Positions 38,680 to 50,507 of a stretch of DNA of 64,000 nt are shown here, piece by piece (positions within the stretch are counted from its first letter, which is position 1; every line of letters begins with the position of its first letter). The stretch is from the NCBI GenBank assembly GCA_951406725.2, contig OX597837.1:10044001-10108000 (forward strand), written 5' to 3'. Source of the stretch: Octopus vulgaris (Eukaryota). The notes under the pieces are model-generated. The model was not told the DNA's origin. It saw only the letters and a program-made list of their open reading frames with translations, and did not search any database. A program made the translations under genes and the position numbers.

Positions 38680-39025
38680 CTTTTTCTCTTGGTTTTATTG
38701 AGAAAATTCTATAGTTTGTAAGATATTTGTTGTTTTTTATTTCTTCAATTTCTGCAATTTCAACCAATCAATGACTTCTATTGAGGTAAAAAAAAAACAT
38801 TCTGTGTCGTATGAATATGTCCCTCGTTTAAGAAACAGATTGGGTTTATTTACATTTTGTGAAGAAAAAAAGATACCCTTCCCCCCACCCCTAACTCTAA
38901 CCCTAACTAACCCTAACCCTAAAACAGATTGAAATGCAATAGATCGATACTAGGGTCATAACTATGGGTGACTATTTCATATGACACCGCTAGAAAAAAC
39001 TGCCGTTCAAACCGAAAAGATCCCT
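38680..39025. repeat. Interspersed repeat containing telomere-like (CCCTAA)n; partial second copy at about 56100-56220
   Basis: CCCTAACTCTAACCCTAACTAACCCTAACCCTAA at about 38888-38922, followed by ~100 nt nearly identical to 56108-56220. Confidence 0.7.
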
Positions 39026-39696
39026 TTTGTCTGTATTTTTTATTGTTGTTGTTTTTTCGTGTTTTAGTTTCTATAGTTTCTATATGGTGGTTCAAAAGTG
39101 TTTCCCTTTTTTTTTTGTGAGATGGGCTCATTTATTTAATATGTTGTCGTTTTCTTTTTCTCATTGTATACGTAGCAGGATTTTATTGTACAGGCGGCCA
39201 TCTTTTATTATATCACTCTCTTTTGTATATCCTTGTGCTTTGTATGAAAGTCAGACCTATTGTACTGACAACGTTGGTTTGTGCTGGGTCATCTTTTTCA
39301 TGTCAAATCTTTTTTTATCTAGCTTTATTTTTCAACGAATATTCTTTTTATAGACAGTCCTTATTTCAATTTTTAAAAATTTTGTTATTGTTTATTGTTA
39401 TGTCTTTATACTCGTTGATATAGTCACAATGATGTTTTAGCCCCCTTCGCTTTTTAACTCGCCCTCCACTATATCCCCTACGTCCCTTTTATAATGTTCA
39501 TGCCTGTTGGACATATTGTTGCAATGTTATAGAAATGTAACCAGATAATGTAGAATTAACTAGGCGACCGTTCCCTTTTAAAATTTGATTTATTTATCTA
39601 CGCTGACAGTGAGAGACGGGACCTTTGTGTTCGGATTTGACACTTTTAAAGGAGATCGTTTCTTAACTACGCGATAACTTATCTTTCCCTATCATC

Positions 39697-40695
39697 GGCA
39701 AGTTGGCAGACTCGCTAACACATAGGACGAAATTCTTAACATTTCTTTAAGTGCTGAGTTCAAATACCGCCGAGGTCAACCTTGCCTCTCATCCTTGGAG
39801 TTGATAAAATAAATACCAGTCGAGCACTGGGGTCGATGTGATCTTGCCTCAGAATTGCTGGCCTTGTACTAAAAATTATTTTCTCTATCGTGGACCTATT
39901 CGCATAAGCTACGAATGTCATGACAATTTCATTCGGCCGGGCATATTTTTGAGACAGATTGTGTTATCCAAGGCCATAATTTATTTGTTTCTTAAATTTT
40001 GTTAGTTTCATTTATTTTCTTTTGTAGTTTGTATTGAAAAGCTTGTTTCGGTTTTGCTATATTTGTCTTGACTCTTCATGTGTTCATTATTTCTGTTGAC
40101 GTCGGGCGAAATGCTGAGCGCTATTTCGTCTGCCGTTACGTTCTGAGTTCAAATTCCGCCGAGATCTACTTTGCCTCTCATCCTTTCGGGGTCGATTAAA
40201 TAAGCACTGGGATCGATATAATCGACTTAATCGTTGTCTGTCCTTGTTTGTTCCCTCTGTGTTTAGCCCCTTGTGGGTAGTAAAGAAATAGGTATTTCGT
40301 CTGCCGTTACGTTCTTAATTCAAATTCCGCCGAGGTCGATTTTGCCTTTCATCCTTTCGGTGTCGATAAATTAAGTACCAGTTGCGTACTGAGGTCGATA
40401 TAATCGACTGGCTCCCACCCCTAAAATTTTGGGCGTTGTGCCTAGAGAAGACAAGTTTATTTCTGTATACGTGTAAGGCGGCAAGCTAGCAGAATCGTTA
40501 CCGCTCCGGAAAAAACTGCTTAACGGCATTTCATCCATCTTCCCGTTCTGAGCTCAAATTCCACCGAGGTGCACTTTGCCTTTCATCCTTTCGAGATCGA
40601 TAAAAATAAAAATAAACACCAGTTGAACACTTGGATCGCTGTAATCGACTCGTCCCCATCTCCTCCAGAAATTGCTGTCCTTATACCAAAATTTA
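39697..40695 (+). mobile_element. Cluster of SINE family D copies (about 39697-39875, dimer 40103-40456, 40477-40695)
   Basis: Same core as the 41054 array, in the opposite orientation. Confidence 0.85.
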
Positions 40696-41053
40696 AACAC
40701 ACAATTTTTGCGTTTGTAGGTTCCTGTTATCTAAACAATATATCTTTTGTGTAAAAATCATACACAATACGCACCACAGTTATCACTTGTATTTCCGGAC
40801 ATTATTTCATTATGCTTTGTTTCATCTAAAATTTAATTCCATTCTCGGTGCTAGTCCCAAATGCTGACCTGATTTGGTAAACAAGTAAACAATATACTTT
40901 TTGTGTAACAAAACATGTGTAATGCATAAAAACTGTCAATTGTACTCGACGAGAGAATCGTAACATTCCTTTCTTCCTTTTTCTATTTATCTTTCTCTCT
41001 TATTTATTTATTTATTTATTTATTGTGCTAACGTTTGTTTTGTTCTTTTTTCT

Positions 41054-42188
41054 AATACCTATTTCTTTACTACCCACAAGGGGCTAAACACAGAGAGGAC
41101 AAACAAGGATAGACATAGGTATTAAATCGATTATATCGACCCCAGTGAGTAACTGGTACTTAATTTATCGACCCCGAAAGGATGAAAGACAAAGTCGACC
41201 TCGGCGGAATTTGAACTCAGAACGTAGCGGCAGACGAAATACCTATTTCTTTACTACCCACAAGGGACTAAACAGAGAAAGGGCAAACAAGGATAGACAA
41301 ACGGATTAAGTCGTTTATTTCGACCCCAGTGCGTAACTGGTACTTAATTTATCGACCTCGAAAGGATGAAAGGCAAAGTCGACCTCGGTGGAATTTGAAC
41401 TCAGAACGTAACGGCAGACGAAATACCTATTTCTCTATTACCCACAAGGGGCTAAACATAGAGAGAACAAACAAGGATAGACAAACGGATTAAGTCGATT
41501 ATATCGACCCCAGTGCGTAACTGGTACTTAATTTATCGACCCCGAAAGGATGAAAGACAAAGTCGACCTCGGCGGAATTTGAACTCAGAACGTAGCGGCA
41601 GACGAAATACCTATTTCTTTACTAACCACAAGGGGCTAAACATAGAGAGAACAAACAAGGATAGACAAACGGATTAAGTCGATTATATCGACCCCAGTGC
41701 GTAACTGGTACTTAATTTATCGACCCCGAAAGGATGAAAGACAAAGTCGACCTTGGCGAAATTTGAACTCAGAACGTAACGGCAGACGAAATACATATTT
41801 CTTTACTACCCACAAGGGGCTAAACACAGAGAGGACAAACAAGGATAGACATAGGTATTAAGTCGATTATATCGACCCCAGTTCGTAACTGGTTCTTATT
41901 TAATCGACCCCGAAAGGATGAAAGGCAAAGTCGACCTCGGCGGAATTTGAACTCACAAAGTAAAGACAGACGAAATACCTATTTCTTTATTACCCACAAG
42001 GGGCTAAACATAGAGAGGACAACCAAGGACAGACATAGGTATTAAATCGATTACATCGACCCCAGTGCGTAACTGGTACTTAATTTATCGACCCCGAAAT
42101 GATGAAAGGCAAAGTCGACCTCGGCGGAATTTGAACTCACAACGTAACGCAGACGAAATACCGCTAAGCATTTCGCCCTGCGTGCTAA
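41054..42188 (-). repeat. Tandem array of six 184-bp units of tRNA-derived SINE family D behind one partial head
   Basis: GAAATAC anchor at 41236, 41420, 41604, 41788, 41972 and 42155. Each unit has box B-like GAGTTCAAATTCC and a GCCTTTCATCCTTTCGGGGTCGATAAATTAAGTACCAG core that resembles the Nin-type SINE domain (recalled, not searched). Confidence 0.92.
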
Positions 42189-42268
42189 ATAATAATAGTG
42201 TTGTTGTTTGTACTATTGTTTTAAACCGGTGTTTTTTCTAATTATTTCTCCTCTTCTTCCGTCCACAG

Positions 42269-42439
42269 GTAATAACACACATTGTAGAGCTAACACTAAC
42301 GGAAGCAGGTTGTCATGGTACCTGTATATTTTCCTCATTGGTCAAATCCTCAATGGAGTTGGTGGAGCAACCTTATACACGGTCGGCTTCGCCTGTATTG
42401 ATGACAATGTCTCTCACAAACGCTCTCCTGTATATATTT
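42269..42439 (+). CDS. SLCO4A1-like: OATP/SLCO coding exon (TM4 region)
   Basis: ccacag|GT acceptor, ATTT|gtaagt donor, phase 1/1. (G)NNTHCRANTNGSRLSWYLYIFLIGQILNGVGGATLYTVGFACIDDNVSHKRSPVYI matches the OATP pattern GQ.L.G.G...LYT.G...IDDNV....SP.Y. Confidence 0.95.
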
Positions 42440-42543
42440 GTAAGTACATTCTTCTTCTTTGTGTATATGTTCTCATGTATAGAGATGTATTTAATGTAAT
42501 TAAGCTACAGGTAAAAAAGGTGGAAATATATAACGAATATATA

Positions 42544-43101
42544 GGCGCAGGTGTGGCTGTGTGGTAAGTAGCTTGCTTACCAACCACATGGTTCCGGGTT
42601 CAGTCCCACTGCGTGGCACCTTGGGCAAGTGTCTTCTGCTATAGCCCCGGGCCGACCAATGCCTTGTGAGTGGATTTGGTAGACGGAAACTGAAAGAAGC
42701 CTGTCGTATATATGTATATATATATATATATATGTATGTGTTTGTGTGTCTGTGTTTGTCCCCCTAGCATTACTTGACAACCGATGCTGGTGTGTTTACG
42801 ACCCCGTAACCTAGCGGTTCGGCAAAAGAGACCGATAGAATAAGTACTGGGCTTACAAAGAATAAGTCCCAGGGTCGATTTGCTCGACTAAAGGCGGTGC
42901 TCCAGCATGGCCGCAGTCAAATGACTGAAACAAGTAAAAGAGTAAAAGAGTAAGAGGTGTGGTTGTGTGGTAAGTAGCTTCTTTCCCAACCCCATGGCTC
43001 TAGATTTGGTCCCACTGCATGGCACCTTGGGCAAATGTCTTCTGCTATAGCCTCGGGCCGACCAAAGCCTCGTAAGTGGATTCGGTAGACGGAAACTGAA
43101 A
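42544..43101 (+). mobile_element. SINE family A full copy (42544-42953) plus adjacent 5' half (42955-43101)
   Basis: Matches the family A consensus; about 100 nt downstream of the SLCO donor at 42439. Confidence 0.9.
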
Positions 43102-43485
43102 GTAGCGTAACAATATGTAAGAAAAAATATTTGCAAAGACGCCAAAATATACTAAGTTAATAATACAAAGAGTTTTGTGTCAATGTTCAAAAAAATTACT
43201 AGGAAATGGGCAGCACACTCATATATTCAATTATCAGACACACAGTTACTTATTTTCATCTAATCACGTGTTTTCACACGTGATATTATTGTTTTTCAGA
43301 TATCTTATGCATAAAACATATTTATGTGAAAAATATATAAAAAATGAAGGAAACAATTGTTAATGAAGCTGGGCATTGTATTATTGTCGGCTGCTCATAT
43401 TTCGATGTGTTTGTGAATATATTTGCATATATATTGTCACGCAGTTTATCAACTTCATCGTTGGCGAAAATCAGCTATAATAAAA

Positions 43486-43487
<2 letters not shown>

Positions 43488-43528
<41 letters not shown>

Positions 43529-43828
43529 CATACATACATATTTAGACACGCATACAAACACATGTATATATATATACATTTATGTTATGTATATGTATGT
43601 GTGTGCGCGAATGCATATATATATATATATATATATATATACACGCATATATGCATATATGTATTTATATATATATATATACACATATATATGTATATAT
43701 ATATATATATATATTATACATATGTATGTATATATACATACATATATACATATGTATATATATGTATATATGTTTCTTTATTTATATATATGTATATATG
43801 TATATATATATATATATATGTATGTGTA

Positions 43829-43894
<66 letters not shown>

Positions 43895-44032
43895 TACATA
43901 TATATAAATATATAGAAACATATATACATATGTATATATATGTATATATGTTTCTTTATTTATATATATGTATATATGTATATATGTGTATATATGTATA
44001 TGTGTGTATATATATATGTATATATATGTGTA

Positions 44033-44073
<41 letters not shown>

Positions 44074-44170
44074 ATATGTGTATATATGTATATATATATA
44101 TTTATATATACATGTATATATGTATATATAAATATGTATATATATATATATATATATACATATGTATGTA
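43488..44170. repeat. Long compound (TA)n/(TG)/(CA) microsatellite (similar blocks at about 7150-7645, 52545-53100, 54820-55115 and 57760-58255)
   Basis: Direct inspection. Confidence 0.9.
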
Positions 44171-44293
44171 TTGACTTCTAAATTTTTGCTGCAGTTTTGT
44201 TGCTACTTCACATATCTCCTAAGAATTTAAGGGGCTCTGCTGCACAGATGGTTACAGCATCTTAAGTGATGAACGCTAGCCTAACGAATTCTG

Positions 44294-44330
<37 letters not shown>

Positions 44331-44694
44331 GTTATTATTATTATTGTTATTATTATTATTGTTTTGCATAGGTAGCACTGACAGCAAGTCTTAGGAATCG
44401 TACTTTAAAAAAAAAATCTGTAATCTATACTTAAATGCTATTCTAGAAATTGGAAAATCGTAGATTAATCTGTTGCTGCTGTCTCGCAACCATTTTGTCT
44501 TCATTTTATAAAACATCCTACCCGAACTCGCTGTTGCCAGAATTTATAGCCTGTCGTAATTGCAACCCCCATTTCTGTAGCTAAACGCTCCCTGCACCCT
44601 TTCTCCCACAATCTACGTCATGGAACCAGTGTCGTGTCAAAGTCCTCTTGCTCGTTTCCCCCTTCCCATACACACCAAGTTATAAGTTATAGAG

Positions 44695-45593
44695 AGTTTT
44701 TACTTGTTATATTTTCGTTATCTTGAAATTTTTACACGGACATTTGAAACGGACAAAAACCTTTTTGAACCTTTCGTCCTGTATTTTGTCACCATGTTTT
44801 AATTGATTTTTGTTAGCCCTTGTGGCCAATTAACGAATTAATTATTATTATTATAGTACACGGACATTTTCAAACGGACAAAACCCTTTGTAACTTTCGT
44901 CCTGTGTTTTGTCCCTTTATGTTTTAATTGATATTTGTTAGCCCTTGTGGTCAATAAACGAATTAATTGAGTATTGCTGAACTATGGGTTTATGTCGAAC
45001 AGCTACTGTCACGTATAGGACGGATCCGGCTATCAGCTGAATCCATTGCCCCGCCGACCTCCTTTAACAAGGAGGGCAAGGCAGTTTTCCTTTGCCTAGT
45101 GGCTGTGGCGAAAGAGGTTGTATGGTGGACCCGTTTGAAAGGGCTATGGTCAGACACTTTCCTCTTTGGTCAAGGCCTCATCAACTTTTTCAAGTTTCAC
45201 TAGAAAAGGAAGATGAAAGTAGAGAGGGAAGTGATGTCTGGTAGCAAGTTTTCTGAAAGGTGGATAAATGTCGCAAGAATGGCTAGCATGAAAGGAGCCA
45301 TTCTGAGGATACACCTGTGATTTAAAAAGGTAATATAAAAGGCGAAAGAGGCTCTCTACCCCGCTTTTGACCAGGCTCCCGTGGCTTTTATGGGTTTTTT
45401 CACCAGGAACCTTTTCGTAACGCCTCCCCCTATTGGAAGGTTTTCGTTGTTATAATCTTTTCATTGTTAAACTGTTTTTTACTCGATTTCACAAACGGAC
45501 AAAACCCTTTGTAAGCTTTCGTCCTGTTTTGTCCCTTTATGTAATAATTGATTTTTGTCAGCCCTTGTGGCCAATAAAAGAATTTATTATTAA

Positions 45594-45600
<7 letters not shown>
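44695..45600 (+). mobile_element. Three head-to-tail truncated copies of the L1/Tx1-like LINE (about 44695-44855, 44857-44968, 44969-45600)
   Basis: Three successive AAACGGACAAAA...GCCCTTGTGG(C/T)CAAT 3' ends. The third copy includes SIAELWVYVEQLLSRIGRIRLSAES...AKEVVWWTRLKG. Confidence 0.8.
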
Positions 45601-45641
<41 letters not shown>

Positions 45642-45706
45642 CATCATTATTATTATTATTATCATTATTATTATTATTATTATTATCATCATTATTATTA
45701 TTATTA

Positions 45707-45782
<76 letters not shown>

Positions 45783-45826
45783 CATCATTATTATTATTAT
45801 TATCATTATTATTATTTACATTATTA

Positions 45827-45871
<45 letters not shown>

Positions 45872-45894
45872 ATTATTATCATTATTATTATTTA

Positions 45895-45939
<45 letters not shown>

Positions 45940-46046
45940 CATTATTATTATTATTATCATTATTATTATTATTATTATCATTATTATTATTATTATTATT
46001 ATCATCATTATTATTATTATTATCATTATTATTATTTACATTATTA

Positions 46047-46094
<48 letters not shown>

Positions 46095-46110
46095 ATTATT
46101 ATCATTATTA
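45590..46110. repeat. Expanded (TTA)n/(TCA) microsatellite, tail of the L1/Tx1-like LINE
   Basis: About 520 nt of TTA with recurrent TCA and TTTACA interruptions directly after the LINE AATAAA. Confidence 0.9.
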
Positions 46111-46184
46111 TGCGTATAGAGAAAGATGAGTAAGTGAGATAAACAGACAGACTGACAAGCAGGCAGGCAAAGACACGGGCAACC

Positions 46185-46223
<39 letters not shown>

Positions 46224-46573
46224 TAGATGCGTGCATATGGTGATGTTATGTCTAGGATTACAAATATTTTGGTGACAGCTGTCTACAGATCCACCAACAC
46301 ATATTTTGGAATGTTATGTGCTTTTGTTTCGGCAACAATCATTCGGTTTTTGTTGTTTTTTTTTTTGTTTTGTTTTTTATCTCTTTATCTATCGCACGCC
46401 AGTTTTAACCTTGGTAAAACACGTACGCGCGCACACACACGCACACACACGCTCACACACGCTCACACATACACACCGGTTTCGACAACGTAAATGCATA
46501 CAAATCTGCATACACGTACATAGAGATATACATACATACACACACTTATATATATGTGTGTGTGTGTGTGTAT

Positions 46574-46993
46574 CTCTTTTACTCTTTTACTTGTTTCAGT
46601 CATTTGATTGCGGCCATGCTGGAGCACCGCCTTTAGTCGAGCAAATCGACCCGCAGGACTTATTCTTTGTAAGCTTAGTACTTATTCTATCGGTCTCTTT
46701 CGCCGAACCGCTAAGTTACGGGGACGTAAACACACCAGCATCAGTTGTCAAGCGATGTTGGGAGGACAAACACAGACACACAAACATATATACACACAAA
46801 CATATATACACACACACATACATACATATATACGACGGGCTTCTTTCAGTTTCCATCTACCAAATCTACTCACAAGATTTTGGTCGGCCCGAGGCTATAG
46901 TAGAAGACACTTGCCCAAGGTGCCACACAGTGGGACTGAACCCGGAATCATGTGGTTCGTAAGCAAGCTACTTACCACACAGCCACTCCTACG

Positions 46994-46996
<3 letters not shown>
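46574..46996 (-). mobile_element. SINE family A, full length
   Basis: Matches the family A consensus. Confidence 0.9.
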
Positions 46997-47058
<62 letters not shown>

Positions 47059-47129
47059 GTGACCTCGTGTGTACGGTTGGCGATTTTTTTTCTTCTGTCT
47101 TCCCTTCTTTGGATCTTTCCTTTCCCTGT

Positions 47130-47164
47130 GTTTCTGACGAAGAGCTCCGCTCGAAACGTTAAAC
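47130..47164 (+). ncRNA. Minimal type I hammerhead ribozyme motif within a Penelope-like repeat (about 47058-47253; relatives at about 11845-12190 and 21840-21935)
   Basis: GTTT-CTGACGA-A-GAGC-TCC-GCTC-GAAA-CGT-T-AAAC: stem I GTTT/AAAC, CUGANGA core with an extra A, stem II GAGC/GCTC, palindromic ACGU stem III as in PLE hammerheads. Confidence 0.65.
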
Positions 47165-47253
47165 CCTCCTTCTTTCCTGAGCGTCCAATAATACTATACT
47201 TGTTCCACGTCCTCGCGTTGCTGTGTTTTCTCTTTGTTCATGTTTGGATTAAC

Positions 47254-47287
<34 letters not shown>

Positions 47288-47424
47288 TGTATGTATGTAT
47301 GTATATAGTTGAAACAAAAACAGTTTTATCTATTCAAAATTAGGTTACTTGCATTTGAATCAACACTGAATTAAATTTATAAACATTTATCTTTTGATCA
47401 ATTCAACAAGGAACCATTGCATGC

Positions 47425-47458
<34 letters not shown>

Positions 47459-47679
47459 ATGGATATATTTTTTATATACGCTCACTACGCTCTATAAGCG
47501 CTCACACGCGCTATACTCGCCTAAATCGCGTGTATATATGTTTATACGTATGTACGTAAATATGTATTAAGTATATATATTTTTACGTATACATCCGTAT
47601 ACGTATACGTAAAAGCATACATCCAAGCATAGATACACACTTATGTACGTCCGCTTATATGTATGCATGTATATATATG

Positions 47680-47750
<71 letters not shown>

Positions 47751-48011
47751 CGTGTTGACTTAAACTCAAATAACTTAATTTGAAATAGATAAGTCTTTTA
47801 TGATTTATTGTCGAGAAACTTGTGATCTCTGCTCTACTACCATGTAAACCTATACAACCTTTTGTGTAGTCGGGTTTGAGGCATCAAAAGTGGCAATCCC
47901 AACTAGCTTGCTTGATGAAGAACGTGATCTTGTACACCCAATAGTATAAAACGACTACGACCTACCGAAAAGCGTATGAGAGAGAGAGAGAGAGACTAAC
48001 AGACAGATAGA

Positions 48012-48045
<34 letters not shown>

Positions 48046-48093
48046 CATACATACATACATACATACATACATACATACATACATAGATACATT

Positions 48094-48153
<60 letters not shown>

Positions 48154-48209
48154 CATACATACATACATACATACATACATAGATACATACATAGATACAT
48201 ACATACATT

Positions 48210-48300
<91 letters not shown>

Positions 48301-48598
48301 CGCTAGCCAATACACATTCTTTATTTTCTCTCCCTATTTCTTTCTGAGTTCCTTTCTGTAGAAGATCGTAGGCTCGAAAGACTTTCTCACTTCCCGAGCG
48401 TTATACTAAGACATCTGTTTGTTGTCTACACCACCTGTCTTCGTCTTTTGTTTTTTTTTTTTGTTTTTGTTTTTTTGTTGTGAATTCTCCCCTTGATAGA
48501 TCGATCGATAGATAGATAGATAGATATATAGATAGACAGTTTGTCCATCCACCTATCTATCTATCTATCTATCTGAAAAACAGATCATGAACTGAATA

Positions 48599-48818
48599 CA
48601 GTAATCCCTCGCCATATCACGGTTCACCTATCGCGGTTTATTATTTAAGCTCACGCCGATTCCTCTCAAGTCTTGTTTAACATTTATAATAAAATAAATA
48701 TACACAAACAATAAAAATAATTTTTTTAAATATACAGTGCTGTTTCTACTTCGCGGATTATCACCTATCGCGGAGGGATTTTTGAACGTAGAAACCCGCG
48801 ATAGTCGAGGTATTACTG
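48599..48818. mobile_element. pogo/Tigger-type MITE about 150 bp upstream of an SLCO exon
   Basis: TIRs CAGTAATCCCTCG / CGAGGTATTACTG flanked by TA on both sides; subterminal TATCGCGG repeats. Confidence 0.8.
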
Positions 48819-48972
48819 TACTCCTAATCATTGCCGTTATTTGATTAGGGCAAACGTAGGTCGAAATATCAGCAACAAAAATGTATTATAAGCTCGATTA
48901 TCTGGTGTATGTAAAAATTGACGACGTTTCGAGCTAACTGTAATCGTTTTTTGTTTTCAATCTTTCTTACAG

Positions 48973-49075
48973 CTATATTGTTGTGCCTTACGATGGTCGG
49001 TGTTGCCGTTGGTTACACAGCTGGTGGGAAGCTTCTAGATTACCATGTTGATTTCCTGTTCATCGATTCAAACCG
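48973..49075 (+). CDS. SLCO4A1-like: OATP/SLCO coding exon (TM5); absent from the ORF track
   Basis: tctttcttacag| acceptor, AACCG|gtaaat donor, phase 1/2. (S)ILLCLTMVGVAVGYTAGGKLLDYHVDFLFIDSN(R) resembles OATP G.A.GY..GG.LL..YVD and is in frame with both neighbouring exons. Confidence 0.9.
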
Positions 49076-50219
49076 GTAAATTCGTTTATGCTTTTTTTTT
49101 GTAATGCATTTATTTCATTTTATTTATATTTTCATTTTTCTTCGTGGCTGGAATGTTGTTGCTGTTGTGCTTCATATTATTGTTGTTCTTGGTGATGTTG
49201 GCGCTGTTGTTAGTACTGTTGGTGTCGGTGGTGGAGATGACAATGATGATGATGATGATGATTATTGAACTGGTAGTGGGAATGGTGATGATGATCATGA
49301 TGATGATAACGGTTTCAAATTTTACCACAGGATCAGAATCTTTTAGGGGCAGTGTCTAAGATGATTATATTAACCCCAGTGCTCAAATGGTCCTTATTTC
49401 ATCGACCCCACGAAAGGATGAAAAGCAAAGTTAACCTGGGTGGAATTTGAACTCAGAACGCAAAGGACAAAATACCGCTAAGCATTTCTTTTTTTTCTTT
49501 CTTTTCGTTTTTACCTCATGAGGAGAAATAAAAATTCTCAAAACTCATGGAAAGGCGGCGAGCTGGCAGAATCGTTAGCACACCGGGCGAAATGCTTAGC
49601 GTTATTTCCTCTACCGTTACGTTCTGAGTTCAAATTCTGTCGAGGTTGTGTTTGCTTTTCATCCTTCCGGGGTCAATAAATTAAGTACCAGTTACGTACT
49701 GGGATCGATGTTATCGACTAGTCTCCTCCCCCAAAATTTCAGGGCTCGTGTCTTTAGTAGAAATGATTTTTATTGATAAGAGGCAAACACTCGAAACTAG
49801 TCTATGGGTGCCAGACCAGCAAGGGGAAGCTGCTGACCTTCCCTGTTCGAAGGTTATAACGGACACAGGTTTGTGTGTCACATAGCTAGCTAGAGGCGAT
49901 AGCCTCTTGGAGCTAATCAACGGCAGCATTCGTCCTATTTATCTGGACTGCCATGTTGGCTTGGTGATATATCTATTAATATGTGTGTGTGTGTGTGTGT
50001 GTGTGAGTTTGTCAGAGTCGGCACGTCGGGTGTATAAGCATGTTTTATATACACTCTGGCCACAATGAAGTCTTCAGTGTATTTATTTTAAAAAAAAACA
50101 TCATCCTCATCATCAATGTTTTGTCTCAAAAAACATTGCTATCTTTCTCTGCCATCTTTGCCCTACGATTCAGAAACAACACCACCACTATCACCACCTG
50201 AACTACATGTCTGTGTATG

Positions 50220-50293
<74 letters not shown>

Positions 50294-50418
50294 CAAGGAT
50301 AAAATCATATAGGATTTTATCAAGTAGCTAGCATGTAAAAACCAGTTTAGATAAAAGTTAATACAATATAATTTTAATATAATATAAATTTAATATAATT
50401 TTATAAATATAATTATAA

Positions 50419-50507
<89 letters not shown>

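Noticed and set aside
41054-42188. CRISPR or tRNA gene array
   Set aside because: The whole 184-bp unit is repeated and matches a dispersed SINE body; there is no cloverleaf and no spacer diversity.
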